From Longimicrobiales bacterium (lineage in GTDB: Bacteria; Gemmatimonadota; Gemmatimonadetes; Longimicrobiales; Gaopeijiaceae): a stretch of DNA of 64,000 nucleotides. The stretch spans positions 864,001-928,000 of the forward strand of contig CBDFMQ010000002.1 in assembly GCA_965249725.1 (NCBI GenBank), given 5' to 3'. The notes under the pieces were generated by a model that saw nothing but the letters and a program-made list of their open reading frames with translations, was not told where the DNA came from and searched no databases. The position numbers and the translations under genes were made by a program. Shown one piece after another: positions 18,777 to 28,992 of the stretch; position 1 is the stretch's first letter, and each line of letters starts with the position of its first letter.

Positions 18777-19765
18777 AGACGCCCAAGTCCTTGGTCCAGA
18801 TCGTATCGACCGGACGTTACCTGCCGAATCGTGTGCTCACGAACAAGGAGCTCGAGGGCATGGTGGACACCACGGACCAGTGGATCACCGAGCGCACGGG
18901 CATCAAGGAACGACGGATCGCCGGCGACGACCTGAGCGCAGCCGAGATGGGGGCCCCGGCGGCTCGAATCGCCATGGAACGCGCCGGCGTCGAGCCTGGA
19001 GAGGTCGACATCCTGATCGTGTCGACCGCCACGCCGGACCGCCTGCTCCCCTCCACTGCCTGCGATATTCAGGCTTTGTTGGGAGCCGACAACGCGGTGG
19101 CCTTCGACATCTCGGCCGCGTGTTCGGGATGGCTGTACGGCCTTACCCTCGCAGAGGGATACCTGACCGCCGGTCGCGGCGAGATCGCTCTGGTGGTGGC
19201 TGCAGAGAAGATGAGCTCGATCGTCGACTGGGACGATCGCTCGACCTGCGTGCTTTTCGGAGACGGAGCCGGGGCCGCTGTGGTCCGCCGGTCCGATGGT
19301 GTGAGGGGTATTCTGGGCACCCACCACGGTTCCGACGGCAAGCTCGCCGAGCTCCTGTATCGTCCTGGAGGCGGCACGCTGATGCCGATGGACGCCCAGG
19401 TGCTCGAGAATCGAGATCACCTGGTGAAGATGGCCGGCCGTGAAGTGTTCAAGAACGCAGTGCGATCGATGGCGGAAGGGGCGAACCGGGCCCTCGAGCA
19501 GTCGGGGCTCACAGCCGACGACATCGACTTGATGATTCCCCACCAGGCGAACAACCGGATCATCGAGGCCACGGCCCGCTACTCGGGCATTCCCATGGAG
19601 AAGGTCTACGTCAACGTGGACCGTTATGGGAACATGAGCTCAGCGACGATTCCTGTGGCGATGGACGAAGCCGTCGAAGAAGGTAGGTTGCGTCCGGGTA
19701 TGACCGTCCTGACAGTCGCCTTCGGCGCCGGTCTCACATGGGGGGCCATGGCCCTCCGCTGGTAG
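18773..19765 (+). CDS. fabH: Beta-ketoacyl-ACP synthase III
   Basis: AACSG, PHQAN and GNMSSA triad motifs. Confidence 0.97.
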   Translation: MKTPKSLVQIVSTGRYLPNRVLTNKELEGMVDTTDQWITERTGIKERRIAGDDLSAAEMGAPAARIAMERAGVEPGEVDILIVSTATPDRLLPSTACDIQALLGADNAVAFDISAACSGWLYGLTLAEGYLTAGRGEIALVVAAEKMSSIVDWDDRSTCVLFGDGAGAAVVRRSDGVRGILGTHHGSDGKLAELLYRPGGGTLMPMDAQVLENRDHLVKMAGREVFKNAVRSMAEGANRALEQSGLTADDIDLMIPHQANNRIIEATARYSGIPMEKVYVNVDRYGNMSSATIPVAMDEAVEEGRLRPGMTVLTVAFGAGLTWGAMALRW

Positions 19766-19796
19766 ATGCCGCAGCGAACCTGAGAGCGCTTCCAAC

Positions 19797-20735
19797 ATGT
19801 CTCTAGCACTACTGTTCCCCGGACAAGGGTCCCAGCACGTCGGAATGGGTCAGGCTCTGGCCCTGGCCTATCCTGTCGCGGCCCGAACGTTCGAGGAAGC
19901 CGACGACGTGCTGGGCTTCAGCATCTCGCGGCTCGCCTGGGAGGGACCGGAAGAGGAGCTCGTTCTCACGAAGAACGCGCAGCCCGCGATGCTCACTCAC
20001 TCGACGGCCGTGTACAGGGCGGTCGTGGATCGGCTGGGTGACGTGGCTATGGCGGCCGGGCACTCCCTCGGAGAGTTCTCCGCACACGTCGCGGCCGGCA
20101 CACTCGAATTTGCCGACGCGGTACGCACCGTGCGCCTCAGGGGTGAGCTCATGTATTCGGCCGGACAAGATCGTCCGGGCACCATGGCGGCCGTGCTGGG
20201 GCTGGGCGATGACGATCTGGTGTCCGTATGCGAGCAGGCCAGCTCGGAAGCCGGCACGTGTGTCCCCGCCAATTTCAATTCGCCGGGCCAGGTCGTGATC
20301 AGCGGAGATCTGGACGGAGTAGAGCGGGCCATGGAGTTGGCGTCCGAGAAGGGCGCGAAGAGAGTCGTGCAGTTGAGCGTGTCGGGGGCGTTCCATTCAC
20401 CGCTGATGACGCCGGCGGAGGACGGTCTCTCACAGCACCTCGAAAGCACCCATTTCAACGATCCCAACTACCCTGTCGTGGCGAATGTGACTGCGGAACC
20501 CGTCGTGTCCGCTGGCGGAGCCAGAGATCTCCTCGTGCGCCAGTTGACCTCACCGGTACGATGGTCCGAATCGGTGGGGCACATGGTTGCCTCCGGGGTA
20601 GAGGAGTTCATCGAGCTGGGGCCGGGTTCCGTGCTGCGGGGACTGAACCGACGAAACGCCAAGGGGATCTCCTGCAGCTCTCTGGGGGAGCCCGAGGATC
20701 TGGACAACTGGGAAGGTCGAGAAGGTCTGACATGA
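19797..20735 (+). CDS. fabD: Malonyl-CoA:ACP transacylase
   Basis: FPGQGSQ, GHSLGE and SGAFHS motifs. Confidence 0.97.
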   Translation: MSLALLFPGQGSQHVGMGQALALAYPVAARTFEEADDVLGFSISRLAWEGPEEELVLTKNAQPAMLTHSTAVYRAVVDRLGDVAMAAGHSLGEFSAHVAAGTLEFADAVRTVRLRGELMYSAGQDRPGTMAAVLGLGDDDLVSVCEQASSEAGTCVPANFNSPGQVVISGDLDGVERAMELASEKGAKRVVQLSVSGAFHSPLMTPAEDGLSQHLESTHFNDPNYPVVANVTAEPVVSAGGARDLLVRQLTSPVRWSESVGHMVASGVEEFIELGPGSVLRGLNRRNAKGISCSSLGEPEDLDNWEGREGLT

Positions 20736-21469
20736 GCGAGTTGAGTGGGCAGGTAGCGCTGGTGACCGGCGGGTCTCGCGGCATCGGATTGGCCGTATCT
20801 GCGGAGCTGGCGAGGGCCGGCTGCACCGTCGCGGTGATCGGACGAAATGAAGAGACGGCCGAAGCGGCGGCCGGCGGGCTCGAGGGTGATGGCCATCGGG
20901 CCTACGGATGTGACGTGAGCGACAGCGAGAACGTGGCCACTGTGGTGGATCAGGTCACGGAAGACCTGGGGCCGGTCGATGTGCTCGTGAATAACGCCGG
21001 GATCACCAGAGACAACCTCTTCATCCGCATGAAGGAGGACGAGTGGGACGACGTCCTCGCGGTGAACCTCAAGGGCGCCTTCAACATGACCAAGGCTCTC
21101 GCCAGAGGCATGATGAAGCGGCGGAGCGGAGTGATCCTCAACGTCACGTCGGTTGTGGGCATCACCGGCAACGCCGGCCAGGCCAACTACGCAGCGTCCA
21201 AGGCGGGGCTCATCGGCTTCACCAAGAGCATCGCCAAGGAGTTGGCCTCGAGAGGGGTGCGGTGCAATGCTATCGCGCCCGGATTCATCATCACCGACAT
21301 GACCGCGGAACTCCCTGAGGCCACCGTCGAAGAGCTTCACGCCATGATCCCTTTGGGTCATTGGGGTGAGCCGTCCGACGTGGCCGGACTCGCACGCTTT
21401 CTCGCCGGACCCGGTGCCCGCTACATTACCGGCCAGGTCATTTCGGTGGACGGCGGGATGGCGATGTGA
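20732..21469 (+). CDS. fabG: 3-oxoacyl-ACP reductase
   Basis: TGGSRGIG, NNAGITRD and YAASK motifs; ATGA overlap with the fabD stop. Confidence 0.97.
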   Translation: MSELSGQVALVTGGSRGIGLAVSAELARAGCTVAVIGRNEETAEAAAGGLEGDGHRAYGCDVSDSENVATVVDQVTEDLGPVDVLVNNAGITRDNLFIRMKEDEWDDVLAVNLKGAFNMTKALARGMMKRRSGVILNVTSVVGITGNAGQANYAASKAGLIGFTKSIAKELASRGVRCNAIAPGFIITDMTAELPEATVEELHAMIPLGHWGEPSDVAGLARFLAGPGARYITGQVISVDGGMAM

Positions 21470-21535
21470 AGCAGGCCGACTCCCGATATTTCATCGTTAC
21501 TGATAGCAGCAAGAAATCACCCGTACGGAGGTACC

Positions 21536-21775
21536 ATGGCTGACAACACGGCATCGAAGGTCAAAGAGATCATCCTCAACGAGTTGGGCGTCGATCCCGA
21601 GAAGGTCACAGCGGAAGCGTCGTTCGTTGACGATCTCGGAGCCGATTCGCTGGACACGGTGGAACTCGTGATGGCCTTCGAAGAGGAGTTCACCATCGAC
21701 ATCCCCGACGAGGATGCAGAGCAGATGAGAACCGTCGGAGACGCGATCACGTACATCGAGAAGCACTCTGAGTAG
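21536..21775 (+). CDS. acpP: Acyl carrier protein
   Basis: [27 protein letters not shown]. Confidence 0.98.
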   Translation: MADNTASKVKEIILNELGVDPEKVTAEASFVDDLGADSLDTVELVMAFEEEFTIDIPDEDAEQMRTVGDAITYIEKHSE

Positions 21776-21796
21776 ACTCCCCCGCACGTGGTACTC

Positions 21797-23065
21797 ATGA
21801 CTGGACCAAACCAGAGCCGGAGAGTCGTTGTGACCGGCATGGGAGCGGTCACACCGGTAGGCAACGACGTGGAGACCACGTGGGATGCGTTGTTGGCCGG
21901 GAAGAGTGGGTGCGCCCCGATCACCCGGTTCGAGACCACCGACGAGTTCCCGACCCGGTTCGCCTGCGAGGTAAAGGACTTCGACGCGTCCCACATCCTG
22001 GAGCCCAAGGAGGTGAGGCGCTTCGATCGTTTCGCTCAGTTCGCGATGGTCGTAGCGGACGAGGCGATGAAATCGTCGGGACTCGATATCGAGAGGGACG
22101 GGGTCCAGCCCGAGCGTTTCGGCGTGATTTTCGGAAGTGGCATCGGTGGCATCTCCACCCTGGAAGCGCAGCACGACATCATCAAGGAGAAGGGTCCCAA
22201 GCGGGTGAGCCCCTTCTTTATTCCGATGTTCATCCCGGACATCGCCGCGGGTCTCATTTCCATTCGACACGGGGCCAAGGGGGCGAACTACGCGACGGTC
22301 TCTGCCTGTGCCTCCAGCGCCCACGCCATCGGTGACGCTCTTCGCTTCATCCAGCGGGGTGACGCCGACGTCATGATCGCGGGCGGAGCGGAAGCCACCC
22401 TCACGGCGTTGGCCGTGTCCGGCTTCGCCAACATGAAGGCGCTGTCCACCCGAAACGAGGACCCTCAAGGAGCGTCGCGTCCGTTCGATGCCGGCCGGGA
22501 CGGGTTCGTAATCGGCGAGGGCGCGGGCTGCGTAATCCTCGAGTCCCTCGAAACGGCGTTGGCGAGAGGGGCCTCCATTGTGGCGGAGGTCACGGGCTAC
22601 GGTGTTTCCGCAGATGCCTTCCACATCACCATGCCCGCCCCCGAGGGAGCGGGCGCCCAGTATGCCATGCGCATGGCCCTCGACGACGCGGGTCTCGAAC
22701 CTACCGACGTCGACTACATCAACGCACACGGCACGTCCACGATGGCCAACGACAAGAACGAAACGGCCGCCATCAAGGAAGTGCTCGGAGACGCGGCGTA
22801 CTCCGTCGTGGTCGGTTCGACCAAGTCCATGACCGGGCATCTGCTCGGAGCTGCCGGTGGCGTGGAGGCCGTGATCTGCGCCCTCGCCTGCAAACATGGA
22901 CTGATTCCGCCCACCATCAACTACTCCGATCCGGATCCAGACTGCGACCTCGACTACGCCCAGAATGGAGTCGTGGAACGAGACGTGTCGGTGGCCCTTT
23001 CCAATTCCTTCGGATTCGGCGGACACAACGTCTGCTTGACGATTCGCGTTTGGGACGGGGAGTAG
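21797..23065 (+). CDS. fabF: Beta-ketoacyl-ACP synthase II
   Basis: [20 protein letters not shown] and SNSFGFGG motifs; start could also be GTG 21788. Confidence 0.97.
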   Translation: MTGPNQSRRVVVTGMGAVTPVGNDVETTWDALLAGKSGCAPITRFETTDEFPTRFACEVKDFDASHILEPKEVRRFDRFAQFAMVVADEAMKSSGLDIERDGVQPERFGVIFGSGIGGISTLEAQHDIIKEKGPKRVSPFFIPMFIPDIAAGLISIRHGAKGANYATVSACASSAHAIGDALRFIQRGDADVMIAGGAEATLTALAVSGFANMKALSTRNEDPQGASRPFDAGRDGFVIGEGAGCVILESLETALARGASIVAEVTGYGVSADAFHITMPAPEGAGAQYAMRMALDDAGLEPTDVDYINAHGTSTMANDKNETAAIKEVLGDAAYSVVVGSTKSMTGHLLGAAGGVEAVICALACKHGLIPPTINYSDPDPDCDLDYAQNGVVERDVSVALSNSFGFGGHNVCLTIRVWDGE

Positions 23066-23099
23066 GCCGACTCGAGTTGGAAGATCGGACGGAGACTCC

Positions 23100-23654
23100 A
23101 TGAGGATCGGCTTCGGTTACGACTCGCACCGCTTCGACCCGACTCGGACGCTGATGCTGGGGGGAGTCGAGATCCCCGATCATCCCGGCCTCGCCGGTCA
23201 TTCCGATGGGGATGCAGTGGCCCACGCCATCGTAGATGCGCTCTTGGGGGCGGCGGCGGCAGGCGATATCGGGCGACATTTTCCCCCGAGTGATCCAGAG
23301 TGGAAGGGGGCCGATTCAATGGACCTGTTGGCTCGCGCCGTGGCGATGGTGTCCGAGCTCGGCTATCGCGTCTCGAATGTGGACGTCACCGTGATCTGCG
23401 AGCGCCCGAAGATGTCGCCTCATGTCGACCCCATTCGACGACGGCTGAGCGAGATACTTCGACTCCCGATGGATGCGGTGTCCATCAAAGGCAAAACCAA
23501 CGAGGGCATGGGGTGGATCGGAGCGGGAGAGGGGTTGGCGGTTCACGCGGTGGCTCTGCTTACGGACACCGGCTTCACGGACACCGGCTTCACGGACACC
23601 GGCTCCACGCACGCCGGCGAGGACCCGGAGCGTGTCGGCAGTCCCACGCCGTAG
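23100..23654 (+). CDS. ispF: 2-C-methyl-D-erythritol 2,4-cyclodiphosphate synthase
   Basis: RIGFGYDSH, GHSDGD and GDIGRHFP motifs. Confidence 0.96.
   Translation: MRIGFGYDSHRFDPTRTLMLGGVEIPDHPGLAGHSDGDAVAHAIVDALLGAAAAGDIGRHFPPSDPEWKGADSMDLLARAVAMVSELGYRVSNVDVTVICERPKMSPHVDPIRRRLSEILRLPMDAVSIKGKTNEGMGWIGAGEGLAVHAVALLTDTGFTDTGFTDTGSTHAGEDPERVGSPTP
23562..23609 (+). repeat. In-frame 15-bp tandem repeat ACGGACACCGGCTTC x3 (last copy variant) in the ispF tail
   Basis: Read directly; encodes TDTGF TDTGF TDTGS. Confidence 0.93.
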
Positions 23655-23686
23655 GGTGGACCGCGTGCTAGAGGTCCGCTGAGACT

Positions 23687-24370
23687 GTGGACCCGATCCT
23701 AGGCTTCCTGAACGACAGCTCTCCCTTCCTCATCTATGTGGTTCTCGGGGTCGGAGCCGCTATCGAGAACATCGTTCCTCCGATTCCAGCGGATACGTTC
23801 GTGCTTCTTGGAGGATTCCTCGCTGCCCGAGGCCAGGCTAGTGAAGGCGCGGTCTTCCTGGTGACGTGGACCTCGAACACGCTTTCGGCCTTGGCGGTGT
23901 ACGCCGCCGGATACCGGTACGGTGCTTCGTTCTTTCGGACACGCCTGGGCCGGTACGTCCTCGATCCCGATCAGCTGCAGACCGTGCGCCGCTTCTATCG
24001 ACGCTGGGGGACCATGGCGATCTTCTTCACGCGCTTTCTTCCGGGCTTGAGGGCGGTTGTGCCCGTCTTTGCGGGTGTGTCGCATCAGAAGCCGCTGCTC
24101 GTAGCAGTTCCGATCCTCACCGCCTCGGCGATCTGGTATGGAGCCATCGTCTGGGTGGGGGCCCTGGCGGGACACAACTTGGAGTGGATCATCGCCTTGC
24201 AGTCCCGCGTAAACCTCACGCTGGCCGCGCTGGCGATCGTGCTCATCGGGCCGATCGTGCTGTGGTGGATCCAATCTCGCCGGAGACGACGTCGCGCGGC
24301 CAACCCCCACGGCGAATCCCGCGGCGATCTGGACGGGGATACCGGCGACGAGGAGGGGGACCCGTCTTGA
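23687..24370 (+). CDS. DedA family membrane protein
   Basis: ENIVPPIPAD and RFLPGLR motifs; hydrophobic segments. Confidence 0.9.
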   Translation: MDPILGFLNDSSPFLIYVVLGVGAAIENIVPPIPADTFVLLGGFLAARGQASEGAVFLVTWTSNTLSALAVYAAGYRYGASFFRTRLGRYVLDPDQLQTVRRFYRRWGTMAIFFTRFLPGLRAVVPVFAGVSHQKPLLVAVPILTASAIWYGAIVWVGALAGHNLEWIIALQSRVNLTLAALAIVLIGPIVLWWIQSRRRRRRAANPHGESRGDLDGDTGDEEGDPS

Positions 24371-25266
24371 GTGCGGGTGACGCCTTCAGGGTCGAGCAAT
24401 ACCTCGACTACCTCAACTTCGAACGCGGCCTGTCTCCACGCACGGTCGATGCGTACCGACGCGATCTCGCGCGGTTCGTGGAGTTCGTTGAGAAAGAGGG
24501 AAGGGGCGGTCCAGAGGGCGTCACGCCACAGGACGTTCGCGCCTACATGGTCCACTTGAGTGGATCGGGTCTGGCAGCCACTTCCGTGCGTCGCGTCCAA
24601 TCGGCCCTTCGCACCTACTTCGGCTTCCTGCTGGAGGAGGGCATCTCGGATCACGACCCAACGGAGGGACTCGAGAGTCCGAGGGTAGGCCGTCCCTTGC
24701 CCGACGTGTTGAGCGTGGCAGAGGTGCTCGACCTCTTGGAGGCTCCTCGGCTCGATTCTGCGGTCTACTGGCGGGACAAGGCCATCCTCGAGGTGCTCTA
24801 CGCTACTGGGGTGCGGGTCTCGGAACTCATCGGCCTGAAGGTCGCGAATCTGGATTTCGATCTCGGTCTCTGTACCGTCTGGGGCAAGGGATCCAAGGAA
24901 CGCATGGTGCCGCTGGGTGGTCCCGCCTTGGTGGCCCTGGGGCGCTACCTACGAGAGGTACGACCGGGGCTGGACCGGGGATCGAGCGGTGGTCCCGTCT
25001 TTCTCAACCGGAAGGGGAAGGCGCTCTCCCGAACAGCGATCTGGCATCTGGTTCGGGAGGCCGGCCGCGCTGCGGGCCTCAGCAAGAAGGTGTCGCCTCA
25101 CACGCTTCGCCACACGTTTGCGACACATCTTCTGGAGGGTGGCGCCGACCTCGTGGCCGTCCAGGAACTCCTGGGTCACGCCGACATCTCAACGACCCAG
25201 ATCTATACGCACGTGGATCGAGAGTACCTACGGGGCATGCACAAGAAGTATCACCCCAGGTCTTGA
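24367..25266 (+). CDS. xerD: Site-specific tyrosine recombinase XerD
   Basis: LYATGVRVSEL, GKGSKER, HTLRH, LGHADISTTQIYTHV and terminal HPR; TTG start overlapping the DedA stop. Confidence 0.9.
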   Translation: MSAGDAFRVEQYLDYLNFERGLSPRTVDAYRRDLARFVEFVEKEGRGGPEGVTPQDVRAYMVHLSGSGLAATSVRRVQSALRTYFGFLLEEGISDHDPTEGLESPRVGRPLPDVLSVAEVLDLLEAPRLDSAVYWRDKAILEVLYATGVRVSELIGLKVANLDFDLGLCTVWGKGSKERMVPLGGPALVALGRYLREVRPGLDRGSSGGPVFLNRKGKALSRTAIWHLVREAGRAAGLSKKVSPHTLRHTFATHLLEGGADLVAVQELLGHADISTTQIYTHVDREYLRGMHKKYHPRS

Positions 25267-25299
25267 ATCCCGGGTGCCGGACGCACTCGGCAGCTCCGG

Positions 25300-26928
25300 C
25301 TATCGGCCCTGCGGGGTTTCCTCGGCCTCGTCCTTGTCACCCTTCAGGCCTTCCGCGGCCGTGAAGAGATCGGACTGGGTTTCAGAGTCCCGCAAGAGTC
25401 GAATCGCCTCAGCCAGCACGGGATCTCGCAGCGCCCGAATCTCCATGTAGCGTCCCATCTCATCCATGCGTTCGGCGACCCGGGCGGATACACGCCACTC
25501 GAGGTAGCCCTCGATGACCGGATCCGAGGCGTACTGCCCGGCGACGCCCTCTTCGGCCAGAGCATCCAAAAATGCCCGCAAATCCTCTAGATCGACGCCG
25601 GGCGGCTCACCGTTGCTACGACGCGAATCGGCTTGGGCGAAGGCGAACTCCTCGATCCGCAGAACGAGGGGTATCTCATCTCGAGCGGCCTGAGACAAGA
25701 ACTCACGCTCGATGAGCGTCAGCGTGTCGTTCGCGATTTCGAGATCCGGGAAGATCCCTCCGCCGGCGACCAGGTCGCGACCGGCTTTGGTTTTAACGAC
25801 CGGAAACGTGTCGGGATCCTCTGGAACGGGGCGACCCTGTGCGGTCCGGGGTCGGTGCAGGGAGCGTCCCAACGGTGTGAACCACTCTCCGGTCGTAAGC
25901 CGAAGGTGCCGGGTCTCGGTGAGGCGGAACACGTTCTGGAACACGCCCTTGCCGAACGTCCGCTCGCCGATCACGAGCGCCCGGTCGTGGTCCTGCAGGG
26001 CCCCCGCAACGATCTCGGCCGCCGATGCAGAGAAGCGAGCGACAAGCACGATGACCGGCTTGTTCGGGAATCTGTCGGGCATCCGGGCATCCCAGGTCTC
26101 GTCCTGGTTGCGACCGTCCTCCCCGGGAACACGGCTCTCGGCGCTGGCGAGCCGGAGGCCTCGGTCGAGGAAGAGATCCCCGATCATCAACGATTCGTCC
26201 AGGTACCCACCCGGGTTCCCTCTCAGGTCTAGAATCACCCCTCTCGCCGAACGGAACGTCACCAAGGCGGAGTCCACTTCCTGGGAAGACGCGCGGGCCA
26301 CTCGGCCCAGGCCGATGTAGCCCACGTCGGTCGAGACCAGTCCAGATATCACCGCCGAGACATGCACGCTGTCCCGACGAATGGTGGGAGTCAGCGGCGA
26401 CATGAAACCCGCGCGAGCGATGGCGAGGCGTACCGGCGTGCCCACCGCACCCCGGATGGAGTCGGATGCCTGTCAGGTAGTCCACCCCTCAGTGGTTTGG
26501 TCGTTCACCCCGATGATCAGGTCTCCGACCTTGATCCCGGATCGCTCCGCCGGCGTTCCCCTGAAGACGGCCGTGATCGTAATGGCCTCGTTCAAGTTGG
26601 TGATTTGGACGCCGATGCCGGCATAGTTGCCGGTGTTGTCCTCTTGGAACTGGTCGAACTGAGCCGGAGTGAAGACCTGTGCGTACGGATCGGAGAGTTC
26701 GCGAATGAGGCCGTCTACGGCGCGATCCCACAAAGCCGAGTCCCCGACCGCTTGAAGCCCGTAGTCGCGTATCGCCTGGAATGCACCCAAGAACGTCTGG
26801 GCTCCACTCGAGACGGAAGGTGCCGCAATGTCCAGGCCGGACCCGGTGCTGCCGGAGGACTGTCCGGCTGCAGGTGCGGCGAGGAGAACGGCCACTGACA
26901 GGCCGAGGAGCGTCTTCCGAATCATCAA
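25300..26928 (-). pseudogene. S41 carboxyl-terminal protease (CtpA-like) interrupted by one in-frame TGA at 26473-26475
   Basis: ORFs 26473-26928 and 25300-26445 share a frame (GWTT*QASDSIRGAVG); signal peptide, PDZ (GIGVQI), DLRGNPGG, SASAAEI and TFGKG motifs. Confidence 0.8.
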
Positions 26929-27086
26929 ATCTCTCTTAAGCGGATGCGATGTAATTCAAGCCGGGTCTTTAACCCCGGGCCATGTGGCCTCGTTCCCTCT
27001 TTACGATAGGCCTACGACTTCGACGCCCGACTCCTTACTTTTGCGAGAACACCTTTTCCACGTCGACGTCCCAGGAGACGCCGCGG

Positions 27087-28880
27087 ATGACACGACTCGA
27101 CGGGCGAACCCATTTTAGCGTGGGGCTGGCGCAATTCAAGCCCAAGAAGGCTGCTGTTGAGGCCAATTTGGCCCGCATCCGTGAGGTTGTGGACGGTCAC
27201 GCGGGAATCGCCGACGTAATGGTCTTTCCCGAGGCCGCGTTGAGCGGGTACTTCCTCAAGGGTGGGGTGGCGGAAGCGGCACGCACGGCCGACGAGGTTG
27301 GATCGGGGTTGGGTCAGGCGGGCTCGGACGCGCCGGATGTGGTCCTCGGATTCTACGAGAAGCACAAGCGCAAGCTATACAACAGCGTGGGGTACTTCAC
27401 ACCGGGCGAGGCCGGCTACGACCCCGTCCATGTCCACCGCAAGATGTTCATCCCCACCTACGGGGTCTTCGACGAAGCTCGCTTCGTGGAGGCCGGTCGG
27501 GATGTCCGAGCCTTCGATACCAGGTTCGGACGGATAGGCATGCTGGTGTGCGAGGAGATGTGGCACTCTCTGCCGACTGCGATTCTCGCGCTGGGAGGCG
27601 CGGAGCTGATCATCGGTGTGAGCGCCTCACCCGCCCGGGATCTCACGCCCAGCAGTGAGGGACGACCCCACAATCTGCGACGATGGGATGCTCTGGTGCC
27701 GGCCACCGCCTTGGAGCACGGCGTGTTCGTGGTGGTGAGCCAACTCGTGGGCTCCGAGGGCGGCAAGGTCTTTCCTGGTGGATCGCTGGCGGTAGGGCCT
27801 GATGGTGAGGTGTTGGCTCGAGGACCCCTTCTGGAGGAGGGGGTTACCGTTGCGTCGTTGGAGTCGGCGGCCATCGACCGGGCCCGGGTCAAGACGCCTC
27901 TCTTGGCAGACCTCGAGCAGGCCCTTCCTCATCTCAAGAAGGCTCTGGCGGCATCGCAGGATCCTGATGTGACGGGTGGCGTCACCACCGACGAAGCTCG
28001 CGACCCGGCAGCGTTGGAGTTACCCGAAATCCCGGCACATATGCCGGTGAGTCCGGACGACGAATCGGCTCTGGACCTCGACGTAGAGTTGGTGGAACGG
28101 GTGCTGATCGAGTTCATCAAGGAGGAGGTCGTTCGGCACCGGGGATTCGAGAAGGTCGTCATCGGGCTCTCCGGTGGAGTCGACTCCGCCGTTTCGCTCA
28201 GCCTGGCCGTGCGGGCGCTGGGCGCAGAGAACGTGACGGGCTTTCGGCTTCCTTACGCCACGTCCAGCCAAGAGAGCCTCGATCACGCGGCTCTGATGCT
28301 GGAGGCTACGGGGGCTGAAGGCCGTACCATCGAGATCACGGGGGCGGTGGACGCTTATGTCTCGCAGTATGAACCCGACCTTTCGCCTCTGCGAAGAGGA
28401 AATCTTGCGGCCCGACTCAGGTCCGTGATCCTCTTCGACCAGTCGGCCAAGCTGCGAGCCCTGCCCCTGGGGACGGGGAACAAGTCGGAGCGACTGCTCG
28501 GGTACTACACTTGGCACGCCGACGACTCACCGCCGATCAATCCGCTCGGCGACCTCTTCAAGACCCAGGTTTGGGCCCTCGCTCGCCATCTCGGCGTACC
28601 CGACGTCATCGTGGACAAGCCGGCCTCCGCCGACCTCGTACGAGGCGTTCATGACGAGGACGAACTCGGCATCTCCTATCACCGGGCGGACCCCATCCTA
28701 CACTGGCTGCTCAAGGGATATCGTCCGGATGAACTCAAGGGATTCGGGTTCCTGGAAGAGGAGGTCGACCGGGTATGGCGACTCCTGTCCTCGACTCACT
28801 GGAAGCGGGGATTGCCCACGGTAGCGATGCTCTCTTCGAGCGCCATCGGGGAATTTTACCTGCGGCCGGTCGACTACTAG
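27087..28880 (+). CDS. nadE: Glutamine-dependent NAD+ synthetase (nitrilase plus synthetase domains)
   Basis: FPE / HRK / VCEE triad; GLSGGVDS; GTGNKSE; AGGAG upstream of ATG 27087. Confidence 0.92.
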   Translation: MTRLDGRTHFSVGLAQFKPKKAAVEANLARIREVVDGHAGIADVMVFPEAALSGYFLKGGVAEAARTADEVGSGLGQAGSDAPDVVLGFYEKHKRKLYNSVGYFTPGEAGYDPVHVHRKMFIPTYGVFDEARFVEAGRDVRAFDTRFGRIGMLVCEEMWHSLPTAILALGGAELIIGVSASPARDLTPSSEGRPHNLRRWDALVPATALEHGVFVVVSQLVGSEGGKVFPGGSLAVGPDGEVLARGPLLEEGVTVASLESAAIDRARVKTPLLADLEQALPHLKKALAASQDPDVTGGVTTDEARDPAALELPEIPAHMPVSPDDESALDLDVELVERVLIEFIKEEVVRHRGFEKVVIGLSGGVDSAVSLSLAVRALGAENVTGFRLPYATSSQESLDHAALMLEATGAEGRTIEITGAVDAYVSQYEPDLSPLRRGNLAARLRSVILFDQSAKLRALPLGTGNKSERLLGYYTWHADDSPPINPLGDLFKTQVWALARHLGVPDVIVDKPASADLVRGVHDEDELGISYHRADPILHWLLKGYRPDELKGFGFLEEEVDRVWRLLSSTHWKRGLPTVAMLSSSAIGEFYLRPVDY

Positions 28881-28907
28881 AGGGGCCTCGGGCCCCGCTA
28901 ATACGGG

Positions 28908-28992
28908 GCCAGGGGCCCCATTACTACGGCGTACCTAGGGAGCTAAGGGCCCCGTACCTAGGGAGCCAGAGGCCCCATTACTACGGCGTACC
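28908..28992. repeat. Nested direct repeats at convergent gene ends
   Basis: GCCAGRGGCCCCATTACTACGGCGTACC at 28908-28935 and 28965-28992; CGTACCTAGGGAGC at 28930-28943 and 28953-28966. Confidence 0.9.

Noticed and set aside
21497..23101. Long antisense ORFs (also 31911-33458, 41386-42588, 42633-43901)
   Set aside because: Shadows of well-supported genes, expected at high GC
24367..25266. Tyrosine recombinase as a phage/island integrase
   Set aside because: XerD-type sequence and length, coupled to housekeeping genes, with no cargo or att sites
26473..26475. Genome-wide TGA reassignment
   Set aside because: Many conserved genes here end at TGA at the expected length, and no other internal TGA was seen
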